Below are positions 17,958 to 26,574 of a stretch of DNA of 64,000 nucleotides, one piece after another (position 1 is the stretch's first letter; every line of letters starts with the position of its first letter). The notes under the pieces were generated by a model. It saw only the letters and a list, made by a program, of their open reading frames with translations, was not told the origin of the DNA and did not search any database. The stretch covers positions 7,341-71,340 of the forward strand of contig JBBSVE010000001.1 of the NCBI GenBank assembly GCA_038233815.1. The letters are read 5' to 3'. The DNA is from Rhodobacterales bacterium. Lineage in GTDB: Bacteria; Pseudomonadota; Alphaproteobacteria; Rhodobacterales; Rhodobacteraceae. The position numbers were made by a program, and so were the translations under genes.

Positions 17958-18797
17958 ATGAGCGAGCCCGCACGCAGGATCGTGGCTCTCGTGGACGAGG
18001 GCGCGACATCGGGTTCGGTCTACGACCTCGCGGCCTTCGTTGCGGTGCGGACGGGGGCGGCTGTCGACCTCCTCCATGTTCTGGGCCGCGGGGAGGGTGG
18101 GGCGCAGGATCTGTCGGGTGCGATCCGGCTCGGTGCGCGATCTTCCCTGATGGAGGAACTGACGGCGCGCGACGAGCAGCAGGCCAAAGGCGCCGTGGCG
18201 GCCGGGTGGGTGCTGCTGGACGCGGCGCGGGCCAAGCTTGCCGCACACGGGATCGACACGCCGACCGCTCGACTGCGCCACGGCGAGCTGGCCCCGACCG
18301 TGGCCGAGGCCGCGCAGGACGTGGATATTGTCCTCTGCGGTCGGCCCAGTGACGTGACGACGGTGGAACGTATCGTGCGGGCGGTCCACAAGCCGGTTCT
18401 CGTGGCACCAGACTCCTTCCGTCCCATTGCGAGGGTGTTGGTCGGATACGACGCCAGCACCCCGGCGCAGCGGGCGGTAGACCATGTTCTCCACGATCCT
18501 TTGTTCCGGGGTCTCGCCGTGCATGTAGTCACCGTGGGCGAAGATACGGCATCGGCACGGAAGGATCTGGACCGCGTGCGGGTGCGGTTGGCGGACACCG
18601 GGATCGACGCCGAGATATCCATCGTTCCGGGTCAACCGGGACACGCGCTCGCCAGGCTGATCGACGAGGGCCGTTTCGACATGCTCGTGATCGGAGCTTA
18701 CGGCCACAGCCGCCTGAGGCGTCTCTTCACCGGCTCGACGACAACCGAGACCCTGCGCGCCTGCAAGGTCGCGGCCCTCATCGTCGGCGGGGGATAG
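17958..18797 (+). CDS. tandem universal stress protein (UspA-family)
   Basis: Two Usp domains ending in the typical GAYGHSRLRRLFTGSTTTETL motif. GGAGG precedes ATG 17958. Confidence 0.8.
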   Translation: MSEPARRIVALVDEGATSGSVYDLAAFVAVRTGAAVDLLHVLGRGEGGAQDLSGAIRLGARSSLMEELTARDEQQAKGAVAAGWVLLDAARAKLAAHGIDTPTARLRHGELAPTVAEAAQDVDIVLCGRPSDVTTVERIVRAVHKPVLVAPDSFRPIARVLVGYDASTPAQRAVDHVLHDPLFRGLAVHVVTVGEDTASARKDLDRVRVRLADTGIDAEISIVPGQPGHALARLIDEGRFDMLVIGAYGHSRLRRLFTGSTTTETLRACKVAALIVGGG

Positions 18798-18814
18798 ATT
18801 TCGCGTTCAGAGGA

Positions 18815-18888
18815 TGGAGCGGGTGAAGGGAATCGAACCCTCGTCATCAGCTTGGGAAGCTGCTTCTCTACCATTGAGATACACCCGC
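18815..18888 (-). tRNA. tRNA-Gly (anticodon CCC)
   Basis: Reverse complement is GCGGGTGTATCTCAATGGTAGAGAAGCAGCTTCCCAAGCTGATGACGAGGGTTCGATTCCCTTCACCCGCTCCA. It folds into a cloverleaf with acceptor GCGGGTG/CACCCGC, anticodon loop TTCCCAA, T-loop GGTTCGATTCC and an encoded CCA. Near-identical in layout to E. coli glyU. Confidence 0.93.
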
Positions 18889-18934
18889 GACGGATTCGAC
18901 CTACGGGAAAGCCCCGACAGCGTCAAGCGCGCAG

Positions 18935-19966
18935 CTACCCGACACGCACCACCATCTTGCCGAAGGACCGCCCCGCCAGCAGGTCGTTGAGCGCGGAGGG
19001 CGCGTTTTCCAGACCCTCCACGACCTGTTCGGTATAGGTGATGCGATCGTCCGTCAGCCAGCCGGTCATCGCCGTGCGGAACTCCTTCTGGAGATCGGGG
19101 CCGAAACTGTCGAAGACGATGAACCCCTCCATCCGAACCTTCATCCTGAGGACCGTGCCCATGATGGCCGGACCGTGATCGGGGCCAGACGGCTGGCCAT
19201 GCTCGTTATACCACGCGACCAGACCGCAGACCGGGACGCGGGCAAAGGGGTTGAGCAGGGGCAGGACGGCATAGAGCACCTTGCCGCCGACATTCTCGAA
19301 ATAGACGTCGATGCCGTCCGGGCAGGCCGCCGCCAGACGCTCGGCGAAATCCTCGGCGTGATGGTCGATGCAGGCATCGAAACCGAGCGTATCCACGACA
19401 TGCGCGCATTTCTCCGGCCCGCCTGCGATCCCCACGGCACGGCAGCCCTTGATCTTTGCGATCTGGCCCACGGTGGCGCCGACCGGGCCAGAGGCCGCAG
19501 CGACGACCACCGTCTCACCTTCCTTGGGTGCACCGATCTGCGTCAGGCCGGCCCATGCGGTAAACCCGGGCATGCCCAGAACGCCGAGGTTCCAAGACGC
19601 ATTCTCCGGCGCCTTGCCGAGGCTCTTGACGCCGGTCCCGTCCGACAGGGCATAGTCCTGCCATCCGGAGCCCGCGAGAACATGATCGCCGGGCGCGAAC
19701 CCCTCCAGCCGCGACCGCACCACCTCGGCCACGACCTGCGCGGTCATCACCTCGCCGATGGCCACGGGCTTTGCGTAACTTTTGGTGTCGTTCATCCGGC
19801 CGCGCATATAGGGGTCAAGCGAGAGCCAGACGGTCCGCAGCAGCATCTGCCCGTCGGCGGGGTCCGGCACATCCCCCGTCTCCAGCCGCAGGGTGTCGTC
19901 GTCGGGGGCGCCTTGCGGCCGCTGGGCCAGAACGATGCGCCGATTTACGTCGGATGATTGCGGCAT
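18935..19966 (-). CDS. NADP-dependent MDR-superfamily oxidoreductase (YncB/CurA/PTGR-like)
   Basis: MPQSSDVNRRIVLAQRPQGAPDDDTLRLE... followed by AASGPVGATVGQIAKIKGCRAVGIAG, the nucleotide fold typical of the family. ATG at 19966 is preceded by GAGGAGA. Confidence 0.85.
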   Translation of the reverse strand: MPQSSDVNRRIVLAQRPQGAPDDDTLRLETGDVPDPADGQMLLRTVWLSLDPYMRGRMNDTKSYAKPVAIGEVMTAQVVAEVVRSRLEGFAPGDHVLAGSGWQDYALSDGTGVKSLGKAPENASWNLGVLGMPGFTAWAGLTQIGAPKEGETVVVAAASGPVGATVGQIAKIKGCRAVGIAGGPEKCAHVVDTLGFDACIDHHAEDFAERLAAACPDGIDVYFENVGGKVLYAVLPLLNPFARVPVCGLVAWYNEHGQPSGPDHGPAIMGTVLRMKVRMEGFIVFDSFGPDLQKEFRTAMTGWLTDDRITYTEQVVEGLENAPSALNDLLAGRSFGKMVVRVG

Positions 19967-20046
19967 GATCTCTCCTCGATGAACAGGGAGGGTAGGGCGC
20001 ATGACCGGGGCGGACAAGGGCCTGTCGTGCGACGGGGCCGTGTCAC

Positions 20047-20077
20047 GAAAACAGCCCCCGGCAGATGCCGGAGGCTG
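20047..20077 (-). terminator. intrinsic terminator after the fasciclin gene
   Basis: The minus strand reads CAGCCUCCGGCA-UC-UGCCGGGGGCUG followed by UUUUCGUG. The stem is 11 bp with one mismatch and lies about 45 nt past the stop at 20122. Confidence 0.6.
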
Positions 20078-20121
20078 AGATCAGAGGGGTGCGGATACCC
20101 CCTCGGTTCGAAGGGCGCCGA

Positions 20122-20676
20122 TTACTTCTTCGGCGTCATCACGGCGTCGATCACGTGGACCACGCCGTTCGACTGCTTCACGTCGGCCGTCTCGACGGTC
20201 GCGACAGTGCCGTTTTCGTCGGTCAGCGTGATGTTCTCGCCGTCCATCGCAGCTTCCAGCTTGCAGCCGCCGAGCGTGTCGACCTCGGCCTTGCCGCCAT
20301 CATCCTTGATCATCTTGGCAAGCGCCTCAGACGAAACGTCCGCGCCGACGACGTGGCACTTCAGGATCGTGGCCAGCATCTCCTTGTTCTCGGGCTTCAG
20401 CAGCGTGTCGACGGTGCCTGCGGGCAGTTTTGCGAAGGCATCGTCGGTCGGCGCGAAGATCGTGAAGGGACCGGCGCCCGAGAGCGTCTCGGCCAGACCT
20501 GCGGCCTTCACGGCGGCAACGAGCGTGCTGAGGTTCGGTGCTGCGGATGCATTCTCCACGGCGTTCTTCTCGGGCGACATCTCGGCGCCACCGACCATCG
20601 GGTTCATCTGGGCGAACGCTGCGCCTGCGATGAGGATTGCGGTGCCTGCGAGCGGTGCGATACGTGCGAAATTCAT
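20122..20676 (-). CDS. secreted fasciclin (FAS1) domain protein, Mpt70/Mpt83-like
   Basis: Signal peptide MNFARIAPLAGTAILIAGAAFA, then FAS1 motifs (LSTLVAAVKAAGLAETLSGAGPFTIFAPTDDAFAKLP, VVHVIDAVM). Confidence 0.88.
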   Translation of the reverse strand: MNFARIAPLAGTAILIAGAAFAQMNPMVGGAEMSPEKNAVENASAAPNLSTLVAAVKAAGLAETLSGAGPFTIFAPTDDAFAKLPAGTVDTLLKPENKEMLATILKCHVVGADVSSEALAKMIKDDGGKAEVDTLGGCKLEAAMDGENITLTDENGTVATVETADVKQSNGVVHVIDAVMTPKK

Positions 20677-20798
20677 GGACTTCTCCCTGAGTGTAGCGAG
20701 GGGGATCCCCGCCGTCTTTGTCAGCTACGAGGTGATATGGCCCGCAGTTTCAGGACGTCCAGAATTAATGACGTTTGAACCTTACGCACGGTCACAAG

Positions 20799-21464
20799 TC
20801 AGAGCGTCTGCGCGACCTTGCCCGTTACGAGGATCGGCCCCGTAGGCGCACCCGTGGGCGACCCTCCGGCAGGCTCCAGACTGACCGCGAAAACCATCCC
20901 GTCGGCGAGGGCAGGGACCGCGACCGTCTCCGACCCGTCATCGACGAGCCCGAGCGGAACCGGGGCATTCTCGCCCACGATCAGCCAGAGCTGGTGCGAC
21001 TTGCCTGTCGCGGGGCCTGGTCCGGCGACACGGGTGACTGTGACCTGATCGCCCTTGCGAGCCACGTCAAAGCGCAGATCCTGTCCTTCGCCCGAGAGCA
21101 CGGCGACCGGGACGGACGGCTGCGGCGAGACCATCGGCAGCACTGCCACGACGACCGCAGCCAAGGCGGCGGCTGCGACCGCACCGGCGAGCCATGTCCA
21201 CCAGAACGGACGCCTCGGCGCGGTCTGTCCGAAGAGGCGCGCCTCGATCTGCGGCATGAGGTCGGGCACCGGCGCATCGGGATAGCCGTCGTTCAGACCG
21301 GCAAGCCGATTTTCCCAAGCCAGCACGGCTGCCGCGAAGGCAGGCTCGCTCTGCAACCGTCGTTCGGCCGCGAGCCGGTCGGGCAGGGTGCCGACGCCCA
21401 GCACATATTCGGCGGCGGCGATGTCGTCCTCGTCACGCGGCGACAGGGGGGGGAGATCGGTCAT
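20799..21464 (-). CDS. anti-sigma-K factor RskA-family membrane protein
   Basis: N-terminal anti-sigma helix region (AAEYVLG...ERRLQSEPAFAAAVLAWENRLAGL), a single TM segment (WWTWLAGAVAAAALAAVVVAVL), and a C-terminal RskA-type domain (KSHQLWLI...VFAVSLEPAGGSPTGAPTGP). The start at 21464 overlaps the sigma gene stop. Confidence 0.8.
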   Translation of the reverse strand: MTDLPPLSPRDEDDIAAAEYVLGVGTLPDRLAAERRLQSEPAFAAAVLAWENRLAGLNDGYPDAPVPDLMPQIEARLFGQTAPRRPFWWTWLAGAVAAAALAAVVVAVLPMVSPQPSVPVAVLSGEGQDLRFDVARKGDQVTVTRVAGPGPATGKSHQLWLIVGENAPVPLGLVDDGSETVAVPALADGMVFAVSLEPAGGSPTGAPTGPILVTGKVAQTL

Positions 21465-22012
21465 TGGTCCAGACACTCCCGCAGCTTGAGGAGCGAGCGG
21501 CGCAGCCATGTGCGCATCGTGTTGAGCGGGACGTCGAACCGCCGTGCCAGATCGTCATAGGACCAGCCGTCGAGATAGGCACCCTGCACGCAACTCGCGC
21601 GATCCGGCTCCAGCGTTCCCATGCAGTCCACGATGCGCCGCGCCTCACCCCGCGCCACCAGCGCATCGAGCGCGCCGGGCCGGTCGTCGGCAAGCCGGTC
21701 CACGGCGTCGCCATCCGCGCCCGCACTCACGGGGGTGGCGGGACGCGCGCGCAGCCGATCGATGGCATGATTACGCGCGATGGCGATGAGCCAGGTCATG
21801 CCGCGACCCTTGGCGGCGTCGAACCGGTTCGCCCTGAGCCAGATGCGCGTGAAGACCTCCTGCAACGCATCCTCCGCCTCTGCCCTGTCCTTCAGGATAC
21901 GCAGTATGACGCCCATGAGTTTCGCCGAGGCCGCCGGATAGATGTCCCGGAACGCCGCACGATCCTGACCCGCTATGCGGGTGAGCAGCACGGCAATCGG
22001 ATCGTCGGTCAT
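21461..22012 (-). CDS. ECF (sigma-70 family) RNA polymerase sigma factor, SigK-like
   Basis: 183 aa with region 2 (ALQEVFTRIWLRANRFD...WLIAIARNHAIDRLR) and region 4 (SYDDLARRFDVPLNTMRTWLRRSLLKLRECL). Confidence 0.88.
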   Translation of the reverse strand: MTDDPIAVLLTRIAGQDRAAFRDIYPAASAKLMGVILRILKDRAEAEDALQEVFTRIWLRANRFDAAKGRGMTWLIAIARNHAIDRLRARPATPVSAGADGDAVDRLADDRPGALDALVARGEARRIVDCMGTLEPDRASCVQGAYLDGWSYDDLARRFDVPLNTMRTWLRRSLLKLRECLDQ

Positions 22013-22078
22013 CGGGTATCTCTCCGTCGCGGGCCGGCTTGCCGAGCTTATAGCAGGAATGACGGACGCGCCAAGCCT

Positions 22079-24115
22079 TCAGGCACCCCGCCTGCGCCGC
22101 CGGGTGCCGTCCGTGTCAGAGCCTGCGTTGAAATTGATCTCCGGCAGCGTCACGATGGAGCGCAGGATCGGGAATGGCTCCACCGCGTTGGGGATGTTCG
22201 AGGCATTGACGAAATGCTCCTGAAAGCGCGGCTCGATGGCGGTTTCGATCTTGTGGATATGGCGCACCGTCGTCTCGATCTCGGCCCGCGCGCGGCGATT
22301 CAGCAGGGCGATCCGCGCGCCCGTGCCCGCGGCATTTCCTGCCGACGTCACGCGGTCAAGCGGCGCATCCGGGATCATGCCCAGCACCATCGCGTGCTTG
22401 GGGCTGATATGCGCGCCAAACGCGCCGGCGAGCACCACGCGGTCCACCTTGTCCACGCCGAACTTGTCCATCAGCAGCCGCGCGCCGGAATAGAGCGCCG
22501 CTTTCGCCATCTGGATCTCGCGGATGTCGCGGTTGGTGACGGTGATCTTCGGACCGCCCGCATCCGTGCCGTCATGGACGAGGTAGCTGTGCGTGCGGCC
22601 GTCCAGAAATACCCGGTCCGATCCGGTCTGCTGGGGCGAGCCTATGAGCCCCGGCCCGTCCACGATTCCCGCCATCCGCATCTCCGCCACCATCTCTATG
22701 ATGCCGGAGCCGCAGATCCCGGTCACGCCGGTCGACTTCGTCTCCTCCCAGAACCCGTCCTCGTCAGACCAGAGGTCGCAGCCGATCACCTTGAAGCGCG
22801 GCGCCTTGGTGACAGGGTCGATCTCCACCCGTTCGATCGCGCCGGGCGCCGCGCGCTGGCCGGAGGAGATCTGCGCCCCCTCGAACGCGGGCCCGGTGGG
22901 CGACGAGCAGGCGAGCACCTTTTCCGTATTCCCCAGCAGGATCTCCGCATTGGTGCCCACGTCGACGACGAGCATCAGGTCGGCGGACTTGTCAGGCGCC
23001 TCCGACAGGGCCACCGCTGCCGCGTCCGCCCCCACATGCCCCGCGATGCAAGGAAGGATATAGACCCGCGCCGCCGGATGCAGGTCGAGGTCGAGGTCAC
23101 GCGCCGTCAGCCGCAGCGCGTTGGAGGTGGCGAGCGCGAAGGGCGCCTGTCCCAGCTCGTAGGGGTCGATGCCGAGAAACAAATGGTGCATCACCGGATT
23201 GCAGACGAAGACCGCATCCATGACCAGCGCCCGCGCCACGTCCGCTTCAACGCAGAGCTGGCCGAAGAGCGTGTTCATGCCCGCCCGCACGGCCGCCGTC
23301 ATCTCGGCGGCACCCGACGGGTTCATCATCGAATAGCTCACCCGGCTCATCAGATCCTCGCCAAAGCGGATCTGCGGGTTCATCAGACCCGACGACGACA
23401 CAACAGCGCCCGAGCGCAGGTCGCACAGATGCCCCGCGATGGTGGTGGAGCCGAGATCAACCGCGACGCCGTAGACCGAACCCTCGTAGAGCCCCGGCCA
23501 GATCTGCATGATGCGGGGTGCATCGGCATCCTCCACCCGGTGCAGCGCCACGGTGACGTGCCACTCCCCCTTGCGCAGCGCGGGTTGCAGCATCGTCAGG
23601 ACAGCGAGGTCGATCTCGACCCGCTCGATCCCCCATTGTGCACGCAGCGCATCCGACAGCCGCTCCAGATCGCCGGAGGGGTCGTGCATGTCCGGCTCCG
23701 CCACCTCGACGAAGCGCAGCGTGACGGACGGGTCCATGTGGATCTCGCGCGCCTCGACCCGCTTGCGGATCACCTGCTTGTGGAGCTGGCTTTCGGGCGG
23801 CACGTCGATCACCACGTCGCCTTCGACGCGCGCCTGACAGCCGAGCCTGCGCCCGGGGGCCAGGCCGCGCTTGGAGCGGTAGCGTTCCTCCACCGCGTTC
23901 CAGTCGGACAGCGCATCGGGCCGCACCGTGACGCCGTGCTTGGCAAACTCGCCGTAGCCCGGCGTGATCTGGCATTTGGAGCAGATGCCACGCCCGCCGC
24001 AGACCGAATCGAGGTCCACACCAAGCTGGCGCGCGGCCTGGAGCACCGGCGTGCCGTGCGCGAACCGCCCGCGCTTGCCGGAGGGGGTGAAGATCACGAG
24101 CGCGTCGTCGGTCAT
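22079..24115 (-). CDS. ASKHA-fold protein with N-terminal plant-type 2Fe-2S ferredoxin (DUF4445, RACo-like corrinoid reductive activase family)
   Basis: 678 aa. N-terminal CGGRGICSKCQ...LGCQARV ferredoxin motif and a long C-terminal actin/HSP70-like ATPase region (VAVDLGSTTIAG, VVDVGTNAEI, GICGSGIIE). Confidence 0.75.
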   Translation of the reverse strand: MTDDALVIFTPSGKRGRFAHGTPVLQAARQLGVDLDSVCGGRGICSKCQITPGYGEFAKHGVTVRPDALSDWNAVEERYRSKRGLAPGRRLGCQARVEGDVVIDVPPESQLHKQVIRKRVEAREIHMDPSVTLRFVEVAEPDMHDPSGDLERLSDALRAQWGIERVEIDLAVLTMLQPALRKGEWHVTVALHRVEDADAPRIMQIWPGLYEGSVYGVAVDLGSTTIAGHLCDLRSGAVVSSSGLMNPQIRFGEDLMSRVSYSMMNPSGAAEMTAAVRAGMNTLFGQLCVEADVARALVMDAVFVCNPVMHHLFLGIDPYELGQAPFALATSNALRLTARDLDLDLHPAARVYILPCIAGHVGADAAAVALSEAPDKSADLMLVVDVGTNAEILLGNTEKVLACSSPTGPAFEGAQISSGQRAAPGAIERVEIDPVTKAPRFKVIGCDLWSDEDGFWEETKSTGVTGICGSGIIEMVAEMRMAGIVDGPGLIGSPQQTGSDRVFLDGRTHSYLVHDGTDAGGPKITVTNRDIREIQMAKAALYSGARLLMDKFGVDKVDRVVLAGAFGAHISPKHAMVLGMIPDAPLDRVTSAGNAAGTGARIALLNRRARAEIETTVRHIHKIETAIEPRFQEHFVNASNIPNAVEPFPILRSIVTLPEINFNAGSDTDGTRRRRRGA

Positions 24116-24218
24116 GGCGGAAGTCCTCGATATACAGTCCCGGTTCTAGGCCGTCCCCGGAACGGGGGACGGGCCGGAAACGGCAGTTCGGTGAATGGTT
24201 TCGCCGGATCGCTGTCCG

Positions 24219-25529
24219 TCAGAGCTTGCGAATATGCAGCCGCACGATGCGGTTGTCCTTCTTGGCCGCCACCTCGAACCGAAAGCCATGGAAGGAAAAC
24301 GCCTGCCCCTCGTTGGGGATCATCTGCGCCTCGTGGATGACCAGCCCCGCAACCGTGTTCGCCTCGTCATCGGGCAGGCCCCAGTCGGTCAGCCGGTTGA
24401 GGTCGCGGATCGTCATGGCACCCTCCACGATGAAATCGCCGTTCTCGGCGCGGGCGAGGGTCTGGTCCTTTTCCACGATGTCGAACTCGTCGCGAATCTC
24501 GCCCACGATCTCCTCCAGGATATCCTCCAGCGTGATGAGACCGCGGAGCGCGCCATACTCGTCCACCACGAGTGCGAAATGCGTGCGCCGCTTCAGGAAC
24601 TGGCGCATCTGTTCGTCGAGCGGCGTCGTCTCCGGGACGAAATAGGGCTTCATCGCGATCTTCAGGATGTCGAGGTCGGAGAGCCGCGCAATATCACCCG
24701 ACGCGCCCCGGATCAGGCGGTCCACCTCGCGCAGCAGATCCTTGGCATGGACCACGCCAAGGATATTCTCGTCATCGCCCCGATAGACCGGAAGGCGCGT
24801 GTGGGGCGAGGCCAGCGCCTGCGTGATGATGTCGCCCGGCGCCTTTTCGGCGTCGATCATCTCCACCTCGCGGCGGTGGCGCATGATCTCCTCCACCGTG
24901 CGATCATGCAGGTCGAGCGCGCCCAGCAGGCGGTCGCGGTCCTCCTTCTCGACGGCGCCCTCGGAATGGCCGAGGGTGATGGCGCCGAGGATCTCCTCCC
25001 TCGCCGACAGTACGTCGGTGTCGGGGTCGGTCTGCACACCGAACAGCCGCAGCGTGCTGCGCACCACGACGCGCACGAAGGCCACGAACGGCGACAGGAT
25101 GCGGATTACCCAGATCACGAACTTTGCGGACACCGCGGAGGCGGAGGCGGCGCGCGTGATGGCATAGGTCTTGGGCAGCACCTCGGCAAAGATCAGGATC
25201 AGCACCGTCATCACGAGCGAGGCCAGCGCCACCCCGTTCACGCCGAAGATCTTCGTGAGCGCCGCCGTCGCAAGCGAGGTCGCGACCACGTTCGCGATGT
25301 TGTTGCCCATCAGGATCGCGCCGATGAACTTCTCCTGATCCTCCTTGATCTCCAGCGCTTGCGCGGCCCCCCGGTCGCCCCGGTCGGCCATCGAGCGCAA
25401 CTTGCTGCGCGACGCGGCGGTCAACGCCGTCTCGGTCCCCGAAAAGAACGCCGATACCATGAGGAGCAGAAGGACGACGCCGCAGGTGAGCCAGAACCAG
25501 AGGTTGATCGCGTTGGGTGAGGTATCCAT
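24219..25529 (-). CDS. CNNM/HlyC-CorC family membrane protein (DUF21 + CBS pair + CorC_HlyC domain)
   Basis: N-terminal four-TM DUF21 domain (FFSGTETALTA), a CBS pair, and a C-terminal transporter-associated domain (TVAGLVIHEAQMIPNEGQAFSFHGFRFEV). Confidence 0.88.
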   Translation of the reverse strand: MDTSPNAINLWFWLTCGVVLLLLMVSAFFSGTETALTAASRSKLRSMADRGDRGAAQALEIKEDQEKFIGAILMGNNIANVVATSLATAALTKIFGVNGVALASLVMTVLILIFAEVLPKTYAITRAASASAVSAKFVIWVIRILSPFVAFVRVVVRSTLRLFGVQTDPDTDVLSAREEILGAITLGHSEGAVEKEDRDRLLGALDLHDRTVEEIMRHRREVEMIDAEKAPGDIITQALASPHTRLPVYRGDDENILGVVHAKDLLREVDRLIRGASGDIARLSDLDILKIAMKPYFVPETTPLDEQMRQFLKRRTHFALVVDEYGALRGLITLEDILEEIVGEIRDEFDIVEKDQTLARAENGDFIVEGAMTIRDLNRLTDWGLPDDEANTVAGLVIHEAQMIPNEGQAFSFHGFRFEVAAKKDNRIVRLHIRKL

Positions 25530-25611
25530 AGCTCCGGTCTGCGCGAGGGAAATGGGAAGGGCCGTGTATAGGTTTCACCCACGCGCGGCACAAGCGCGCG
25601 GGTGGGCGCGA

Positions 25612-26574
25612 TTACCGCCGGGCCAGCGGGTGACGGGTGAGCACGAGGTCGCGCAGATGCGCGTCGAGAACGTGGGTATAGATCTCGGTCGTCGCGAGGT
25701 CCGCGTGACCCAGCAGCGTCTGGATCACCCGCAGGTCCGCGCCACCGGCCAGCAGATGCGTGGCGAAGGCGTGGCGCAGCGTGTGCGGCGTCACCCGTGC
25801 CGGGTCGAGCCCGGCACGGATCGCCACCTGCTTGATCAGCACGAAGAGATGCTGGCGCGTCACATGGCCCGTAATCCCCCGTCCGGGAAAGAGATGCTTC
25901 GAGGGTGCGCGCCCCGCCGTCACGGTCTCCGCCTCCGCCCGGTCGCGGTCCGCCAGCCACAGACCCAGTGCGGCGCGGGCGGGCGATGATAGCGGCACCA
26001 TCCGTTCCCTACCGCCCTTGCCGCGCACGAGGATCATCGCGGGCGCGCCGCGCGCCGCCGCGACCGGTAGCTCAACCAACTCGGACACGCGCATCCCAGT
26101 GGCATAGAGGAGTTCCAGCAGGCAGCGGTTGCGCACCCTGTCGGCCGCGTCGCCCATAGTTTCCACGGCCGAGAGCATTGCCTCCACCTCCGCCAGCTCC
26201 AGCGTCTGCGGCAGGCTCTTGGCGCGCCCCGGACCCTTCAGGCGCAGCGCAGGATTGTCAGCGCGCCAGCCCTCCTCCACTGCGAAGCGGTAAAGTTGGC
26301 GGATCGAGGACAGCCGGCGCGCGCGGGTCGCCTTCGACAGCCCATGCGCCTCGCAGTGGACGAGGTAATCCTCCACATCAGACCGCGAGGCCTGTGCGAA
26401 ACCGCTGCCCCTGCGGGAAAGCCACAGGGCGACGTCGGACAGATCGCGCCCGTAGGCGAGCTGGGTGTTGCGCGCGGCCCCACGCTCGGCCGACTGCGCC
26501 TCCAGAAACGCAGAGATCCAGCGCGCCGCCGTGGTGTCCGGGGCAGGGGGGGCGTCATCCCCCGGCCCGGTCAT
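25612..26574 (-). CDS. xerD: site-specific tyrosine recombinase XerD
   Basis: SAM-like N-domain and catalytic domain with R...HTLRHAFATHLLAGGADLRVIQTLLGHADLATTEIYTHV (RHRY set). Classic alphaproteobacterial position divergent from aroK-aroB. Confidence 0.8.
   Translation of the reverse strand: MTGPGDDAPPAPDTTAARWISAFLEAQSAERGAARNTQLAYGRDLSDVALWLSRRGSGFAQASRSDVEDYLVHCEAHGLSKATRARRLSSIRQLYRFAVEEGWRADNPALRLKGPGRAKSLPQTLELAEVEAMLSAVETMGDAADRVRNRCLLELLYATGMRVSELVELPVAAARGAPAMILVRGKGGRERMVPLSSPARAALGLWLADRDRAEAETVTAGRAPSKHLFPGRGITGHVTRQHLFVLIKQVAIRAGLDPARVTPHTLRHAFATHLLAGGADLRVIQTLLGHADLATTEIYTHVLDAHLRDLVLTRHPLARR

Noticed and set aside
18815-18888. Idea that the methylamine cluster (or the region next to tRNA-Gln at 30139-30213) is a genomic island integrated at a tRNA 3' end.
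   Set aside because: There is no integrase, no direct repeat of the tRNA 3' end, no obvious compositional break and no mobility genes anywhere in the window.
20767-22064. Shared heptamer CGTCATT (minus strand) upstream of both the ECF sigma gene (22058-22064) and the fasciclin gene (20767-20773), considered as a possible ECF -35 element.
   Set aside because: A single 7-mer shared by two spacers of about 70-120 nt is close to chance expectation. No common -10 follows at a fixed distance. Orthologous spacers would be needed before it could be called.
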